From NCBI GenBank assembly GCA_964016885.1, contig CAXHJY010001661.1, positions 22,450 to 86,449 of the forward strand: a stretch of 64,000 bases of DNA. Reading direction: 5' to 3'. Below are positions 26,341-40,047 of this stretch, one piece after another. A model generated the notes under the pieces. That model was not told the DNA's origin. It worked only from the letters and a program-made list of their open reading frames with translations, and made no database searches. Positions within the stretch are counted from its first letter, which is position 1, and each line of letters starts with the position of its first letter. The DNA comes from Eledone cirrhosa (taxonomy: Eukaryota). The translations under genes and the position numbers were made by a program.

Positions 26341-26432
26341 TCTCTTTATATAGCTTTAAGGATATATTAATACTCAAAATGGTTATCAGCTACTTATCAA
26401 GCAGAGGTTACTGTATATAGGTTATTATATAT

Positions 26433-26783
26433 GACTGTGACATTCAACTCATGCCAGCATGGAAGGTGAGTACAAAATGATAATGATGATTGTAATAAGA
26501 AATATATAATTGTTTCTACTTTTCGCACAAGGCCAGCAATTATCCCAGTGCAATACTGGTACTTTATTTTATCGACCCCTTAAGGATGAAAGGCAAAGTT
26601 AATCCCGCCGAGGTTAACTTTGCTTTTCATCCTTACGGGGTCGATAAAATAAAGTACCAGTAATACACTGGGATAATTGCTGGCCTTGTGCCAAAAGTAG
26701 AAACAATTATATGTTTCTTATTACAATCATCATTATCATTTTGTACTCACTTTCCATGCTGGCATGAGTTGAATGTCACAGTC
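26433..26783. repeat. Inverted duplication (170-bp arms, 11-nt spacer) of a 5'-truncated SINE plus about 75 bp of flank
   Basis: Arms 26433-26602 and 26614-26783, about 7 mismatches by eye; spacer TCCCGCCGAGG. Confidence 0.93.
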
Positions 26784-27322
26784 CAAGCTGATTCTTAATC
26801 AGGCATACAACATCTGTGCTGTGTTTAATTGTATAGAATTATTTTATTTAATCAAATTCCACAAATTGATAACTTTTATTTCTATATAAAGTAGATTTTG
26901 TGCTAACATTCAAAAATTGTTTTCGAGATATTGAAATCCAGTCTTAAAACAGAATTAACATTAAGCACTGGAATGAATTACATACATAAAGTCAGTCTGA
27001 TATTCTTCCTTTAATGAATATGCTAATACCTCAGAAGCAGAGAAAGTTATTATATGAATTTTCATTTTACTGTATGTTCAATTATAGATATTAAAAAAGG
27101 TTAAATGTTTGTGAATTCTATTCACTGGGAGAATAAATAATTAGTTGATTGGCTTTTCATGATCAGCAGTATTCATCCTCATCTCATCAGAACTATTCCC
27201 CCAAGAGAGAGGGAAGTTGCAACTGTGATATTTATATCTTCCACAAGAGCATTAGCTTCTATCCCTAGATTCAATTCAATGATACTGTGTGACACTCACT
27301 GCACAAATAAATATTTAATAAT

Positions 27323-27715
27323 GGTTTCTACTTTTGGCACAAGGCCAGTAATTATACCAGTGCATTACTGGTACTTTATTTTATCGACCTCCGTAAGGAT
27401 GAAAGGCAAACTTAACCTCAGCAGGATTTGAACTCAGATCATAAAGGGCCATAACTCTATGCAGCAAAGCATGGCGTCCGACCCTCTACCGATACTGCCA
27501 ATCCACCGCCAATAAATAAATATTTAATAATTGTTTCTACTTTAGGCACAAGGCCAGCAATTACCCAGTTCATTACTGTTACTTTATTTTATCGACCCTG
27601 TAAGGATGAAAGGCAAAGTTAACCTTGGCGGGATTTGAACTCAGATCGTAAAGGGACGTAACTATGCTGGAAAGCATGGCGTCTGACCCTCTACCGATAC
27701 TGCCAATCCACCGCC
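27323..27715 (-). mobile_element. Two tandem full-length tRNA-derived SINEs (27323-27510, 27532-27715)
   Basis: Both are complete reverse-complement copies; target AATAAATATTTAATAAT occurs three times (27306, 27515, 27719). Confidence 0.93.
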
Positions 27716-27989
27716 CTTAAATAAATATTTAATAATATTACTTGATCATATGTTCCCATCAAATAAGTGTAACTTTTGCTTATGATATTTATGTGAACAT
27801 TGTTTTCTCTCAGCAGAAAGGTTTAATTTATATAAGTCAGATTATTGACAAGGTTGCTTTGAAACCAGGCCTGAGCCACCTTGTGCATTGGCCACTCACG
27901 ATATGCTCATCATAAGGTGTGTCACGCTATTAAAAGATAGTTGATAATAAAGTTTCATTTAGCGCCATTTAGAACACAGAATAGGCTGC

Positions 27990-28560
27990 TAAAGTTTGCT
28001 CACAACTGTTCTAAACAGAGGCTAATAGTGGCAACGAATTGATCTAACAGTTTTGTGCACAGGTAGGTGTGCCTCAGAGTTCTATCATTAGTCCCCTTTC
28101 TTCATTACAATTCTCGAGAAAATGTGTAATTATTCAGAACTGGGTGTCCTTAGGAATTTTCATTGGCTGAGGATGACCTGGTTTTCATTGCAGAATCAAT
28201 TAAAAAGATGCAAAGAAATATTTAAATATACAAGGATAATCCAGAGTGTAATGATAAAAGAGTCAACACAGCAAAGTGCAAATTATACTTAGTAGCAGAC
28301 TGTTCTAAAATGTCAGTTCCATCTGGAACTGGATAGCCAGCAAATTGATATTGCTAACACTGGTTACAAAATATACATTGCAATCTCTGATAGACTTACG
28401 AAGAACCAAGATTTAAACATACTAAAATCGGTTATATTTCATGTAAAAACTGGACAGACTGAAGGAAGAGAATTAACAAGTATGATGCTGCTTGGTCTTA
28501 AGGCATGGATAGAAAAAGATTGGTGAATGCTGAAGTGTATGATAAGTATGATTCCTTGGA
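27990..28560 (+). mobile_element. Ancient RTE RT remnant
   Basis: Degenerate VGVPQSSIISP / FRTGCP / EDDLVFIAES motifs at about 28060-28200. Confidence 0.6.
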
Positions 28561-28849
28561 TGAATAATATTAACCTGAATGAGAGACAAAGTATTGATCA
28601 ATCTAACATATGTCAGTGTAGTAAAATAAGCCAGATAATGATGACAAGGAGTTAAAACTAATCACATTAATATCAGATCATGTCATAGAAAAGCTGTAAA
28701 TTTTACTTGAAGAGAATATTTTGCCAAACACCGTGAAGTGAGATAATACTCTATGCTAACATGAAAATATGAATATGTTCTGATAACTTTGGAAAAATAC
28801 CAGTCATTTAGATTTTATTATGTTATTTTCATTGATATTATACACAGTC

Positions 28850-29075
28850 TAGGCTGCAAAGTCAAGGAGTTTACTTAACCATGTGGTTTGGGGTTCAGTC
28901 TCTCAGTCAGTCATCTACTATAGCTTTGGGTTGATCAATGCCTTGTCAGGGAAATTTAGAAGGCGGAAACTATATAGAAGCTCTTCATATATGTATAAAT
29001 ATGTGAGTTTACTTTTACTGGGATTTTTATGTCCTGTAATTAGCATTTCAACAAAAGAATAAGTACCATACTTGA
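28850..29075 (+). mobile_element. Decayed tRNA-headed SINE of a different family
   Basis: B-box-like GGGTTCAGTC, then CTACTATAGC...GCCTTGT...GGAAACT..AGAAGC; a weak match. Confidence 0.4.
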
Positions 29076-29082
29076 AGAAACA

Positions 29083-29270
29083 TAAGAGGGTCAACTAAAA
29101 AGTTCATAGGCTGACCGAGATACTCTCATGGAGCAACCAAATGAGGTTTATTTTCCAACATAGTCCCTGGAAGGAAACAATTCGTTTAAGAAGAGTTGAA
29201 ATTAAAGCATACAAGATTTCACAGCTCTAGCATCACTCCTTCATAGTCAGCCTATGAACCTTCGAAAGTA
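29083..29270. mobile_element. Tc1/mariner-like MITE
   Basis: Perfect 14-bp inverted repeat GTTCATAGGCTGAC (29102-29115) / GTCAGCCTATGAAC (29246-29259); left end TA.GAGGG...AAAAGTTC resembles mariner-type TIRs. Confidence 0.6.
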
Positions 29271-29930
29271 ACATGATACATATGACTTACTAACTTCAGC
29301 ATGGTAGCAAGCTGACTGGACTATTAAAATAATAATAGGCTAAAGAGTTTCAAAGTATTTAATTTAATTATTAAATTGTACTTATCATGTAGGCTTTTGC
29401 ATAGTTCTATATTTCAAATTGCATTAAAAATTTTAGTATGTTGAATAAAGTGATCAATTAAACATAACCAAAGAGAAAAATATATTAGATGTCCCAGATT
29501 CAAGACTTATTAAATATCAATATAATGCTACAAACTGCTTTACTTACAGACTAATTGTTATACTATAAGTATTATAATCAGAATATCTTATATTGTAATA
29601 TTCATAATCTAGTGGCCATAATGTTTTTTTGATATGATAATATCATTAACTTTTGCTGCAATAAACACAGTCTTGTATATATGTAGTTTCTCATTTGTAA
29701 AGAAAATGTTCTAGATGTTTATTGATTATGTATTATATAATCGACTAAAATACTTGGAGATATTTCCTGATTGAAATCTCATGTTACTGTAATTATTTTA
29801 TGGTCTGTTATTTTACTTTCTCTTGGTGGATGTTTTAGAAACCATCTGATTAACAAAATGCATCATGTTAAACAATAAAACAAGAGATGTTATCTAAATG
29901 CAGCTCCCATCCATTTTTTTATGTCACCAA

Positions 29931-30243
29931 TGTAACGCTCACATCTGGGTCACCAATGTGACGGGACCAGTAATGTGAAATCAGTTATGAGCCAGTGCTC
30001 GGCCAACACTATCCTTGTGGCTTCGGCATAGGAGTTCAATGTATTGACATCTGTGTGATCTCATGGTCCAAAGGCTGTCTGCTGTTTCGTGGTACAAAGG
30101 CCGTCTGCTGTTTGCTGTCTCCGTGGCTTGTCTGAGAAAGTAATACTGCTGCTTACTTAAATAGTGTTCTCAACCAGAGGGAGACAACTAGGCCTGGTCC
30201 ATTATCCGACAGGGGGGGCGTAAGGCATCTTACTACATTTACA
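29931..30243. mobile_element. Possible solo LTR
   Basis: GC/CpG-richer 313-bp island bounded by TGTAA...TTACA with an internal near-tandem repeat; no TSD found. Confidence 0.4.
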
Positions 30244-33200
30244 TTGTTGCCCCATGAAATATAATAAAGCAAAAGGATCAATGATAGAGTTCCAATGAAC
30301 ACCCATTTGCTTGAACACAAGGCTAGTAATTTTGTAGAATTCCTGATTGGCTATCGCCAGTCATTCAGCCACATGTTGATCTTGTAGTCCTCTCTAAACT
30401 ATAGAGCAATGGACCTTGTTGCCAGATTCCTAGGTCTAGGAATGCATGAAGAGGAGTTTGTTATTAGACAAAACATTGTTATGCATTTGTCTTACTAGAA
30501 ATACAAAATTTATTGTTCCACATCCTGATATAAATGGAAATTCTGTCTTATCAAAGGTAACCGTATCCTGTACTAAATTCACTAAAACGTTTCCATCTAC
30601 TTCTTCCACAACACTATTTTTTTTTATTCTTATTTTATTTCATCCCTCTCATATGCTTCATCTTTTCTTCTAATTCATCCCATTGTTTTATTGTATAATG
30701 TCCTAAGTTAAATATTTAAAACGTTTTAGAAAGGGTATGAATATTACAATAAAAGTCTCTTGAAGCCATTGTTCTATACCTAAGTTGATGATACAAAACA
30801 ACATAAAACCCTAATTTGATGTAAGAAACTTTCTCATGTTCCAATATCAAGAGACAGTGACTTTCATTAGAAATGTGTGCATAAAATGCTAAAGTGGTTT
30901 CTAGTTTATAATTGCATTATTAATGTTATGGAAATTAGATTTTTTTAATATTAAGGGTCTATATTTAAACACTGGAACTTGTGTTTTATAGAGTGAAAAT
31001 GGATAGGAAGGTACAGAACCACCCCACACTGAAGAAAATAGGGAAAGAATGAATGCTATATACGTAATGAGATTTAGACAACCAGCACTTTGCATGTTTA
31101 CATGGCTTCTAATCTATTTCCATTACTTTTATTCTCTGATCTCTATATAGGTTAATCGATTTGACAAATCATCTTTGTAAATCAACATTTTTTATCCTGT
31201 TCATAATTTTCTCTATAGATATGATATTCCTATGCTAGCTACTTATATTGGAGTGCATATTTACTTTGACACAATTAGATCATAAATTGAATGTAGAGTA
31301 GTACCTCTTGTAAATTGACATTGCTTCCATTTTCTTTATTTGTGAGACATACAGAGATGCATGCCCATATATAAATTTTAATGTATGTGTGGGTGGCAAC
31401 TATTAAACATAAAGCAATATGCAGGGATACAATCTTATATGTAATTATTTGAAGTATGCATAATTATCTGTGAAGAGTAGTTGTGCATAACTTATTCTTA
31501 TTTGTGGCCACATGCTAATTCTTGTTTATTGATTTTTAAATTAAATATCCACTAAAAATAAGGAGATACTGCATTTGCTTTCTTTTATCCATATATAATA
31601 TTTATCATCCAATTATTTATAATATTTATATATAATTCTTTCTCCCATAAAAGTCAGTAAGATAATTTGAGTTGTTTTTTATGTGAACAGTTTCTTCCTC
31701 TAAATACATTTATTACTACTAACCCATCTACCATGCAGAAGGTGTTTCACCAGTTTTGGCTTGAAACACTGAAGATATCAGAATAAATTATTTTTCCTAG
31801 TGCTATTAAACAATGTCAAAAAAACACATTGCTCACTTTTGAATTAGTATTCCTTCTGAAAAATTTAACATTCACTCATTCTAAAATAGTCTGAATTAAA
31901 TAATTAAATTAAGTCAATTGAAAGGAATTTAATTCTATAGTCACTGACTGAAACGGGAAAAAGTGAGAACAACTATATATAATTTGCTGCCATGATTCAA
32001 AATGTATGTGTTCATTTGGGATCAGTTTGTTAATTAAAAGACCTTACAGCAGAAATATTAACAAATTCATTTTTTTTTTATATTGACAGTAGATATAAAT
32101 GGAACAGTAAATGTTTTAATGAGAAAACTAGTTTGCAAGCTTCATTAAGATTGTATAGCAGCTAAAAGGCATTGATTAAGTCATGAAACCATCATAGCAT
32201 AGTTTTTGAATTTACTGTTTTATAGTATGATTCCAAAAGGAAAGTTTTAATTAAGATTAGAGCATTCATTCAAACATCTTGTATGATTACTGAAATAATA
32301 GGATTTGATGCAGCTTTATGTTTATCGAATACTTTAAGATTTTCTTAGGGGTGTTTTTCTGATCTTTGCGTAATTGTTTTATACCTGAAGTGTTGTATTT
32401 TGGAATTTAAATGTTAAATTACATAACATTAAAAATTTTGCATGTTCCCTGCACTTAAGATTTTATCTTGAAAATCGTAGCCATTGTAGGAATTAAAGAC
32501 AAAAATAAGTTTGTGTATATAGATTCTTAAATTTAATTTTTGCTTTTAATGAAATTTATTTTCGAAACCTGAAAATAGAAATCAAATAATGAATTTACAT
32601 TTTGTAAAATTAACCCAATGTGGGGCAGGATTTGAACCTTTGGATTTATGAGTGATTCATGCTTCATTGACGTCCATCCTAAATTTGAAATGAAACAATT
32701 ATATAATTTATTTATAAGCAAACTAAAGGCCTGTGCATATGACACTACCATAATGCCATTATATTTCATTATTTATGTTTTTAGTATTTATTTATTAAAA
32801 ATATATTTCAAATATTAGTATAATCAAATTGTTTTGGAACATATATTTACAGAAGTTACAGCAATCATCATATTTTATATTTACTTAATATATTTCTATT
32901 TATTTTAAATGTAAATTGTCTACATTCTCAGCAAGTATTTTATATAGACAAATGTATTTATCAAATTCCATTATATTGAAACAGTGATTTTATTTCATTG
33001 GCAATTGGCCAGAATTATTCTGGCTATGTACAATCTATCAATTTGTACCTCATCTCAAGGTGTCTAGAGGTCAGTATTTTTAAGCCTGATCTAAACCCGT
33101 GAAACTATTTAGTCTGAAAGTAAATTAAATAATCCAGTTAATAGTATTCAAGTTGTATATATTCAAATCAATATTTTGTTTTGTTTATGGGAAGTATAAA

Positions 33201-36200
33201 TATTTTTCATCATCACTTGAACAAAACAGAGAAAATAGATTAACTGGTCAATTTCGAATTTTGTAAAATTAAATAAATGAAGAGACCAAAATTTTTAAGG
33301 CAAAACATTGCATTTAAAAAAGTCTATATTGGTTTAGACAAATGATGAATGAGAGAATTGTAAATTATTGCCTGCTCAATGTAGCAAAATTATATATAAA
33401 TCATGTTGTTTTATACTACAGTCTCTAATGATTAGAAACAAAACATACTCTTTTTGTTATCAAACACTGTTAGTATCAGGTATTATAAATTGATGTAAAT
33501 AGTAATTTAATTTTTTAAATACAACAACTTGTATTTCCAATGTTTTGAATTTATATGATGTGTTTTCTTATTTCTTAAAAAATACAAAACATTTAAAATA
33601 TAAATGCTAATTTCATGTGAATAAGTAGAAAAGATCATAGTGTTTTGTAAAACAATTTAATTTAAAACATCTAATGAGAAAACATGTCACAGAATGGATT
33701 TCAAAGAGAATATATTTCTATGTTTATATATAAAAAGGTCATCAAACTAATTGGCAAAGAATCACTCACTAACTAATCCACACCCATGACATTTCCATTC
33801 CATAACTTTTCTACCATTATTATAATAGATTCATTATCACTGAACTAGCAAACAGCACATCACCTTAACACAATATACTAGTTTCTGTACAACTTGCCAC
33901 TTTTACTGTATCTCATCCACCAAATGGTGCCAGTAACATTTTGCTAAATCCTTGCCACAAAGAACATCACATGGAGCGTTCTATCCCATAATTTCCTTAT
34001 ATGTATCACATGCAGAAATTTATTTCCTCCTGACTAATATATATAATCCTGGAAAAACCAAAAACAAAGCTGATGGAGAATACAGAAATCTTTTCCATTA
34101 TTTCCATTATTTCTTCTGAAAATATTTGAGAAGGATGATTAAGATTTATTCTGCTTATTCAGCTTGTAAGTTATAGGGAGGCCTAACTTAGGTAAAATTA
34201 TACATATATATATATATGTGTGTGTGTGTTGATTATATATATATGTGTGTGTGTCTGTATATGTATTTATGTGAAGGGATCTTGAAACTAAACCTGACTG
34301 AGAAATAACAAATATATTACAGAATTACTTCTTTTTGTAAATGTTACCATCATTTCTTTTCCTGCACATGTTCAGAAAACCTGACTTAGTTCTTGAATAT
34401 TTTTTTTTTTTTTTAACCTTCTCCTTGTAACCTTCTGCTCGAGGATTTCTTTGATCTAGTATGTCAGAATTATTTAACATAGGACACTCAACAATATAAT
34501 AAAGTATTTTATTTTTTACTATTACTCACATACATTTTGTAGCTTACTGTAATCTGTTCTTCCTAATTCTGTTTAATGATGCAGTTTTATTGCACTTCTT
34601 CCTTTATCTACTTATTTTTCAAAGCTTGTAAGCTATGTTCCTCTCCAATGTTCTTCAAATCTCTGTCTTTGTTGACCTTACAGTTGACGTGATAAGTTTC
34701 TTCTAAGATCATATAACTTAGTAATTGTCTTTACTCTTTTGTCCTGTTTTGAGTTCACATACTCTAATCTACTAAATTTATGCCCTGAATAAGGTAAAAT
34801 AGTTTTGTGTGTATAATCTATTTTTCATTCTATTGATAATGCCTTTTATAGAATATGTGCAAATCCTAAACTGATACATTCTGAACCTCGTATATAAGGT
34901 TTACCTGGCAATTCATGAATTTTCTGCTCTGTATATCATGTTTTCATGTAACACATGTAATTATAGAGACTGTATTTGTGTATTCCTATTTCATGAGTCT
35001 TAATATATGGAGAATGTTTCAATCTCTTCTATTAAGATGTTATTGCTTATTAGGCATGGTACACTAATAAATATACATGCTATTTTCATTCTCCATAAGT
35101 ACTGGAGAGTATAACTGTAGTGTATAATTGCTGCTAGATATTTTCCAGTCAAAATAGATATTAATTTTATGCCTCCTGGTATATTTTGAGAGACAATGTG
35201 AAGCATATAACCAAGATACTAAAAACTGTTTTGCCAAATTAAATACACATGTGCCATTCACATTTAAAATGTTGACAAAATATATTCATGGTAGTGTCTA
35301 ACATTTGGTATTAGCCATGAGTATTAATTATCAGGACTTTTGTTTCTTCCTTTTCGGCAAGGTAAATGAAAATTGTATATATGTTGTTATCACAATCAGA
35401 TTTATTAAGTTATTTAGGAATTGTCTATTGTGGTATTTTAATTCCTATGTTGTGTTCTATTTCTTAAGTAATTTGTGCTCTACTCTTTTCTTTATTCAAT
35501 ATACATAATACACTTTTATCTTTATACTTGTACCTTCTGCTATGTGTGATTTAAAAAAAAAATTTACTCAGTTTTGTAAAATATTTCTTCTTTGTATTTG
35601 AAATGCAACTGTATCGTTTTAACATGATGTTTTGCAACTGCATTTTATAGTGTTCTTTTCTCTAGTTTCTTGTCCAAACACCAACTTTGTAAACACTTCC
35701 TGTTGAATTTCAATCTATAATTAAGAACTGAGCTGTAAAAAACGTTTTTGGAGCTAATCTCTTTTAAATATTCAATTCTCGATCTAAATTGTGTCTGACT
35801 TTGAATTTGTAAGTGATTAAATATTATTTGATTATTTTTAAAGCGAAACCATGTTTACATAAAGCATATAAACAGTTTTGATAATTATATATCTTCATTG
35901 ATTCACGGCAGTAGCATGCAGAGTGTATATGTTGTCCCTGGGAATGTGGTGGGGAATTAAACTGAACAATCACACAGGATTCTCCATTTAAGCTAATAAG
36001 CACAGCCCCCACATAGATTTCTCAACTACCCATCTAAAATCTACATGCAGATCGAAAGGCTGAAAAATGTATTCACTTGAAATTTGATGCTTATGCATGA
36101 ACAAATTTACACAATGATGTGTATACTTGTTTTCTAAAAGGTGATCTCATTTGGGGAGACTGGACTTAATAAATATGATGATGATGATGATGATTTTAGA

Positions 36201-36639
36201 TTAATTTGAATTACCTCTTTAATCTGTTAATTTGAATTACTTGATTCATCTGTTTTTATATTTAAAATTACTTCCTTGCTCCCATTTCTCAGTACTATGC
36301 CTCATATTTGAAGTTTAGGTCAAGGAGTTGACCCCAGACATCGCCAAATCCCTACATGTCACGGATTTAAGTTTTCCTAATATAGTACCCCTTATAGGCT
36401 TTCTTTGTAGTCTATCCAGTCAGTATGAATTTATTTTATTTTAGTTTGTAATATTGCTATGGTTCCCATAGAAAAGAATAGCTTCTGCAAGCTCTGTATT
36501 TATTTTCATATTCATGTTAATATATGTTTTCACATTTCATTCACGTTCTTGCAAGGGGTTAGAAATCATGTGATTAGCCTAAAGTTTTTTAATTTTACTA
36601 TTTTTTTTGTCACAGTAGCTATATTGCCATATTTGCATT

Positions 36640-36711
36640 TCCCACAACAGGACAACTTGTCTAACCCATGCTAGCATGGAAGAATGGACGTAAAATGGTG
36701 ATGATGATGAT
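36640..36711 (+). mobile_element. RTE 3' tip
   Basis: CCCACAACAGGACAAC...CATGCTAGCATGGAAGAATGGACG plus (GAT)n. Confidence 0.85.
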
Positions 36712-38546
36712 AAATATATACATAGATACATGTATACAATCATAGATTACATGAATACATACATAGATACATGTATACATACATAATATTATATATAATA
36801 CTCAGCTGATTTGTAATATGTCTATAATGTTTATAAATTTGATCTTTTCAAACGTTTAATTTCATCTGGCACACTTACGAGATGGCTGCATATATTTACA
36901 TCTGTTGGCACAAGAATTTGTTTTCCTTATTCTCACTTTGTAATGCTAGTTTTCATGATATTTGTTTCTTGCATTCTGTTACATTATGCTGTAGCATTGA
37001 TTTCACAGTAGCAGCTTCCTGATGTTTCATACTCTGTGTTATTGTTTAATGTTATAATGTGAATTTCTTGTATCATTTATTATATTCCTATAGTATTTCA
37101 CTTTTATAATTTCCTGTTCATCTAAATTTAGACAGCTATTTTTTAAAGTTGTTTTATGTTTGATAGTCAGATTCAATTTGTTGGTGCCTTGATGTTGCAT
37201 GGGGCTTAATTTTGCAGTAAAAAAGGCATTATTGCATATAACTACTTTGCACTGTTTGACTTCTGTTTCACATATTTTTATCTCTGATTCTGTGTTGTTA
37301 TGTTCTGTGGCAAATTGGCAGAGTCATTAGGGCAACAGAATTTGGTTTTTGTTTCAGTTTACTGCATCTAAGTTTGAATCTCAACAAGGTCAGCTGTCTT
37401 TCATCCTTTTACGATCAATAAATAAAGTTCTAGTCCAAGGGTGGAGGATTGGCAGAATGTTAAAGAGTTGAATGTGATGCTTTGCAGTATCTGATCTGGC
37501 TTTGTGCATTCTTAGTTCAAATACCACTTCCTTCTGCCAAATAGCATCAGCAATGGAAACATTGTTTCCTTGGTCCAATCTGATGATCAGCTCATTTCCT
37601 GAAGAATGGTTTATGGAGTCATTTGACTTCATATAAATAGCAATTAAACATCTCTCAAATTACATCTTGTCATCTTAAAAATGAAAAGGACATAGTGGAG
37701 GAAGATTTATTATTTATACACATACACAGTTAAAAAGAAACGTGATGATCATGTTTAGAATGTTTTTGATCATAAGTTTTCTGAATGAAGGTTGATCTTG
37801 GGTTAAACAACATTAACCTCATTATATTGCTCTGTCAGTTTAAATATCACTGCTGACTTGCTTCTGTGTTTAATTTGCAACGCCAAAGTTCTGGGGAATT
37901 GTGTTGCCATAAAACCTGGTGTAATGATAAGTCTAGAAAATTTATATTAATTTAATGAATTACGTCTAGTCACTTAGAATTATTCAGAATTTTCCAAGCT
38001 AAATGATCAGTATTTCTTTTCTAGTATAGGAAGACAGTGTGAAAACAATGGGGAACTATGCAGTAAATAAACAACTAATGTTATTTACTACACAAACACT
38101 AAATCATTATCCCAATCTTCATCATCATCATCATCACCTCCTCCTCCTCTTCCTCCTCCTCTAACACTTTAACTAGAGAACTAGAGGCAGTTCCATATTA
38201 ACCTTAAATACATGCAATCTTTTGTTTAGTTTTTGTTTTCTATTATATTGAAAAGACTCTATATGATATGTGTACATTACCCTATTCTTTCTGTATGTTG
38301 GGTACGTTCTGGTGTTTTGATATGTATTTCATGCCATCTTTTATTTTACCATTCACAATGCATCTGTTATTACAAGGGTTGTCTCTGGTTTCATGTTCTA
38401 TGTTCTGGATATCTGTATTTATAGATTTTTATACTAGAAGAGTTTCTCCATTTCTTTTACAGATATATTGTCATTAGTTGATAGTTTTACAATGGTTAGG
38501 AAACATGTTTTCCTGATAATCTTTTACAACATCTGGAGTAATTACC

Positions 38547-38800
38547 TTAACCCTTTTGCCACCATATTTCTAATCAAAACATTGCCTATGATTTTCAAAT
38601 AATTCTGAATATAAAAAAGAATTTTTAGGTATTTAGTTATATAACTAACTTTCTCCTTATAAACCACTGTTTTGAACATAAGTTAACAAAAGTACTTTCA
38701 TATAATTGTAATGGGAGAGTTTTAGATAAATATAAGCATTTTAAACAGCTTAGTATTATAGAATCAGAGGCAATTACAGATGGTTAGCTGTTAAAAGGGG
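38547..38800. mobile_element. piggyBac-like MITE
   Basis: TTAA-CCCTTTT left end and AAAAGGG right end; related to 18219-18600 in the opposite orientation. Confidence 0.55.
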
Positions 38801-38871
38801 AAATCTCCCTGTCGGTATAAATTGGCAGCTTCCAAAATATATGGTGTCTGTTTCTATTTTTGTATTACATT

Positions 38872-38926
<55 letters not shown>

Positions 38927-39545
38927 GTGTGTGTTAATGCATAGGATCTCACCAGTGTGAATTGCAGTGCATTTATCAATATACTACCATTAAGTAGAGT
39001 GGATTAAATTGATTTGAAGGCCAATGTAATGTTGGTAATAGATCTAGACTAGATGTGAAATGTAGGCCCCTTCAAAATTGCAGACCTATGCTAAATGGCT
39101 CACCTGTCTTCTCTGATTTGGCATGTATTCAAGCCTTCTACTCAATCATGCACTCCCTCACTTATATCTATATATGAGATACCCTGTTGAAAGGTCTCTA
39201 GGATGAAAGCTTCCACTCTTGATATGATTAGTCTTGTGTAGTGTTAGTATTGCTAAGGTTTTAATTGTGGGAGGGATAGAATGCTTTTCTTTTTTTGAAA
39301 TAATGTTTTATTATATTATCTGCATTCATCTTTGGTTTTGTCTCTGCAGTTGATTTGTTAATATGGATATGATAAATTATTAAATGGTTGAAGATGATAA
39401 ATTAATTGTGTTAACCATGGTATTTGTAGCTGAGTAATTGTATTTGGTCTGGTGAGTCATGGTTAGTTTAGGTTTGTTGTATTAATTTACCTTTATTTAT
39501 ATCCATTTTTAGTGGGGTTATGAGAGAAGTAGTTTCATATATATG

Positions 39546-39575
<30 letters not shown>

Positions 39576-39577
<2 letters not shown>

Positions 39578-40030
39578 CGATATTAAGCAAATGGAAACTA
39601 TATTTATAAAACCATATTTATTTCGTTATATATATTTCAGGGATATCATATTAGAAATATGGTATGCCTTCCTCAGACAAAATACAATACATAAGCTGTT
39701 TTATAAATAATTTTTGACATACCTTATAAATAATGCAACTTCCATTTAAAAATCAACTTTTTAAATGGAAGTTGCATTATTTATAAGGTATGTCAAAAAT
39801 TATTTATAAAACAGCTTATGTATTGTATTTTGTCTGAGGAAGGCATACCATATTTCTAATATGATATCCCTGAAATATATATAACGAAATAAATATGGTT
39901 TTATAAATATAGTTTCCATTTGCTTAATATCGTAAACCTACTCCAGAAATTGTTGAGTGCTTTTATATCAGTTATAAAATATTTACTCGTTGTAACCCAA
40001 CAATCTTAAATAAAACTTTTGCATATATTT
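39576..40030 (+). mobile_element. Penelope-like pseudo-LTR unit with inverted partial copy, inserted in (TA)n
   Basis: Perfect palindrome 39576-39752 / 39758-39934, hammerhead motif in each arm, about 95 bp of non-duplicated tail, and (TA)n on both sides. Confidence 0.75.
39826..39891 (+). ncRNA. Type I hammerhead ribozyme, Penelope minimal type (mirror copy on the minus strand at 39619-39684)
   Basis: Stem I TATTTTGT/ACGAAATA; core CTGAGGA (39834-39840); stem II 12 of 14 positions paired (39841-39871); GAAA (39872-39875); palindromic stem III ATATATAT; predicted AUA cleavage after 39883. Confidence 0.75.
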
Positions 40031-40047
40031 ATATATATATATATATA

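Noticed and set aside
27306-27737. CRISPR-like repeat-spacer pattern (also 41858-42225)
   Set aside because: The 'spacers' are homologous SINE copies and the repeats are TSDs; the context is eukaryotic with no cas genes.
38940-39535. Possible decayed Penelope coding sequence next to the large palindrome
   Set aside because: Only faint motif hints; it is separated by (TA)n and far more decayed than the palindrome, so linkage is unsupported.
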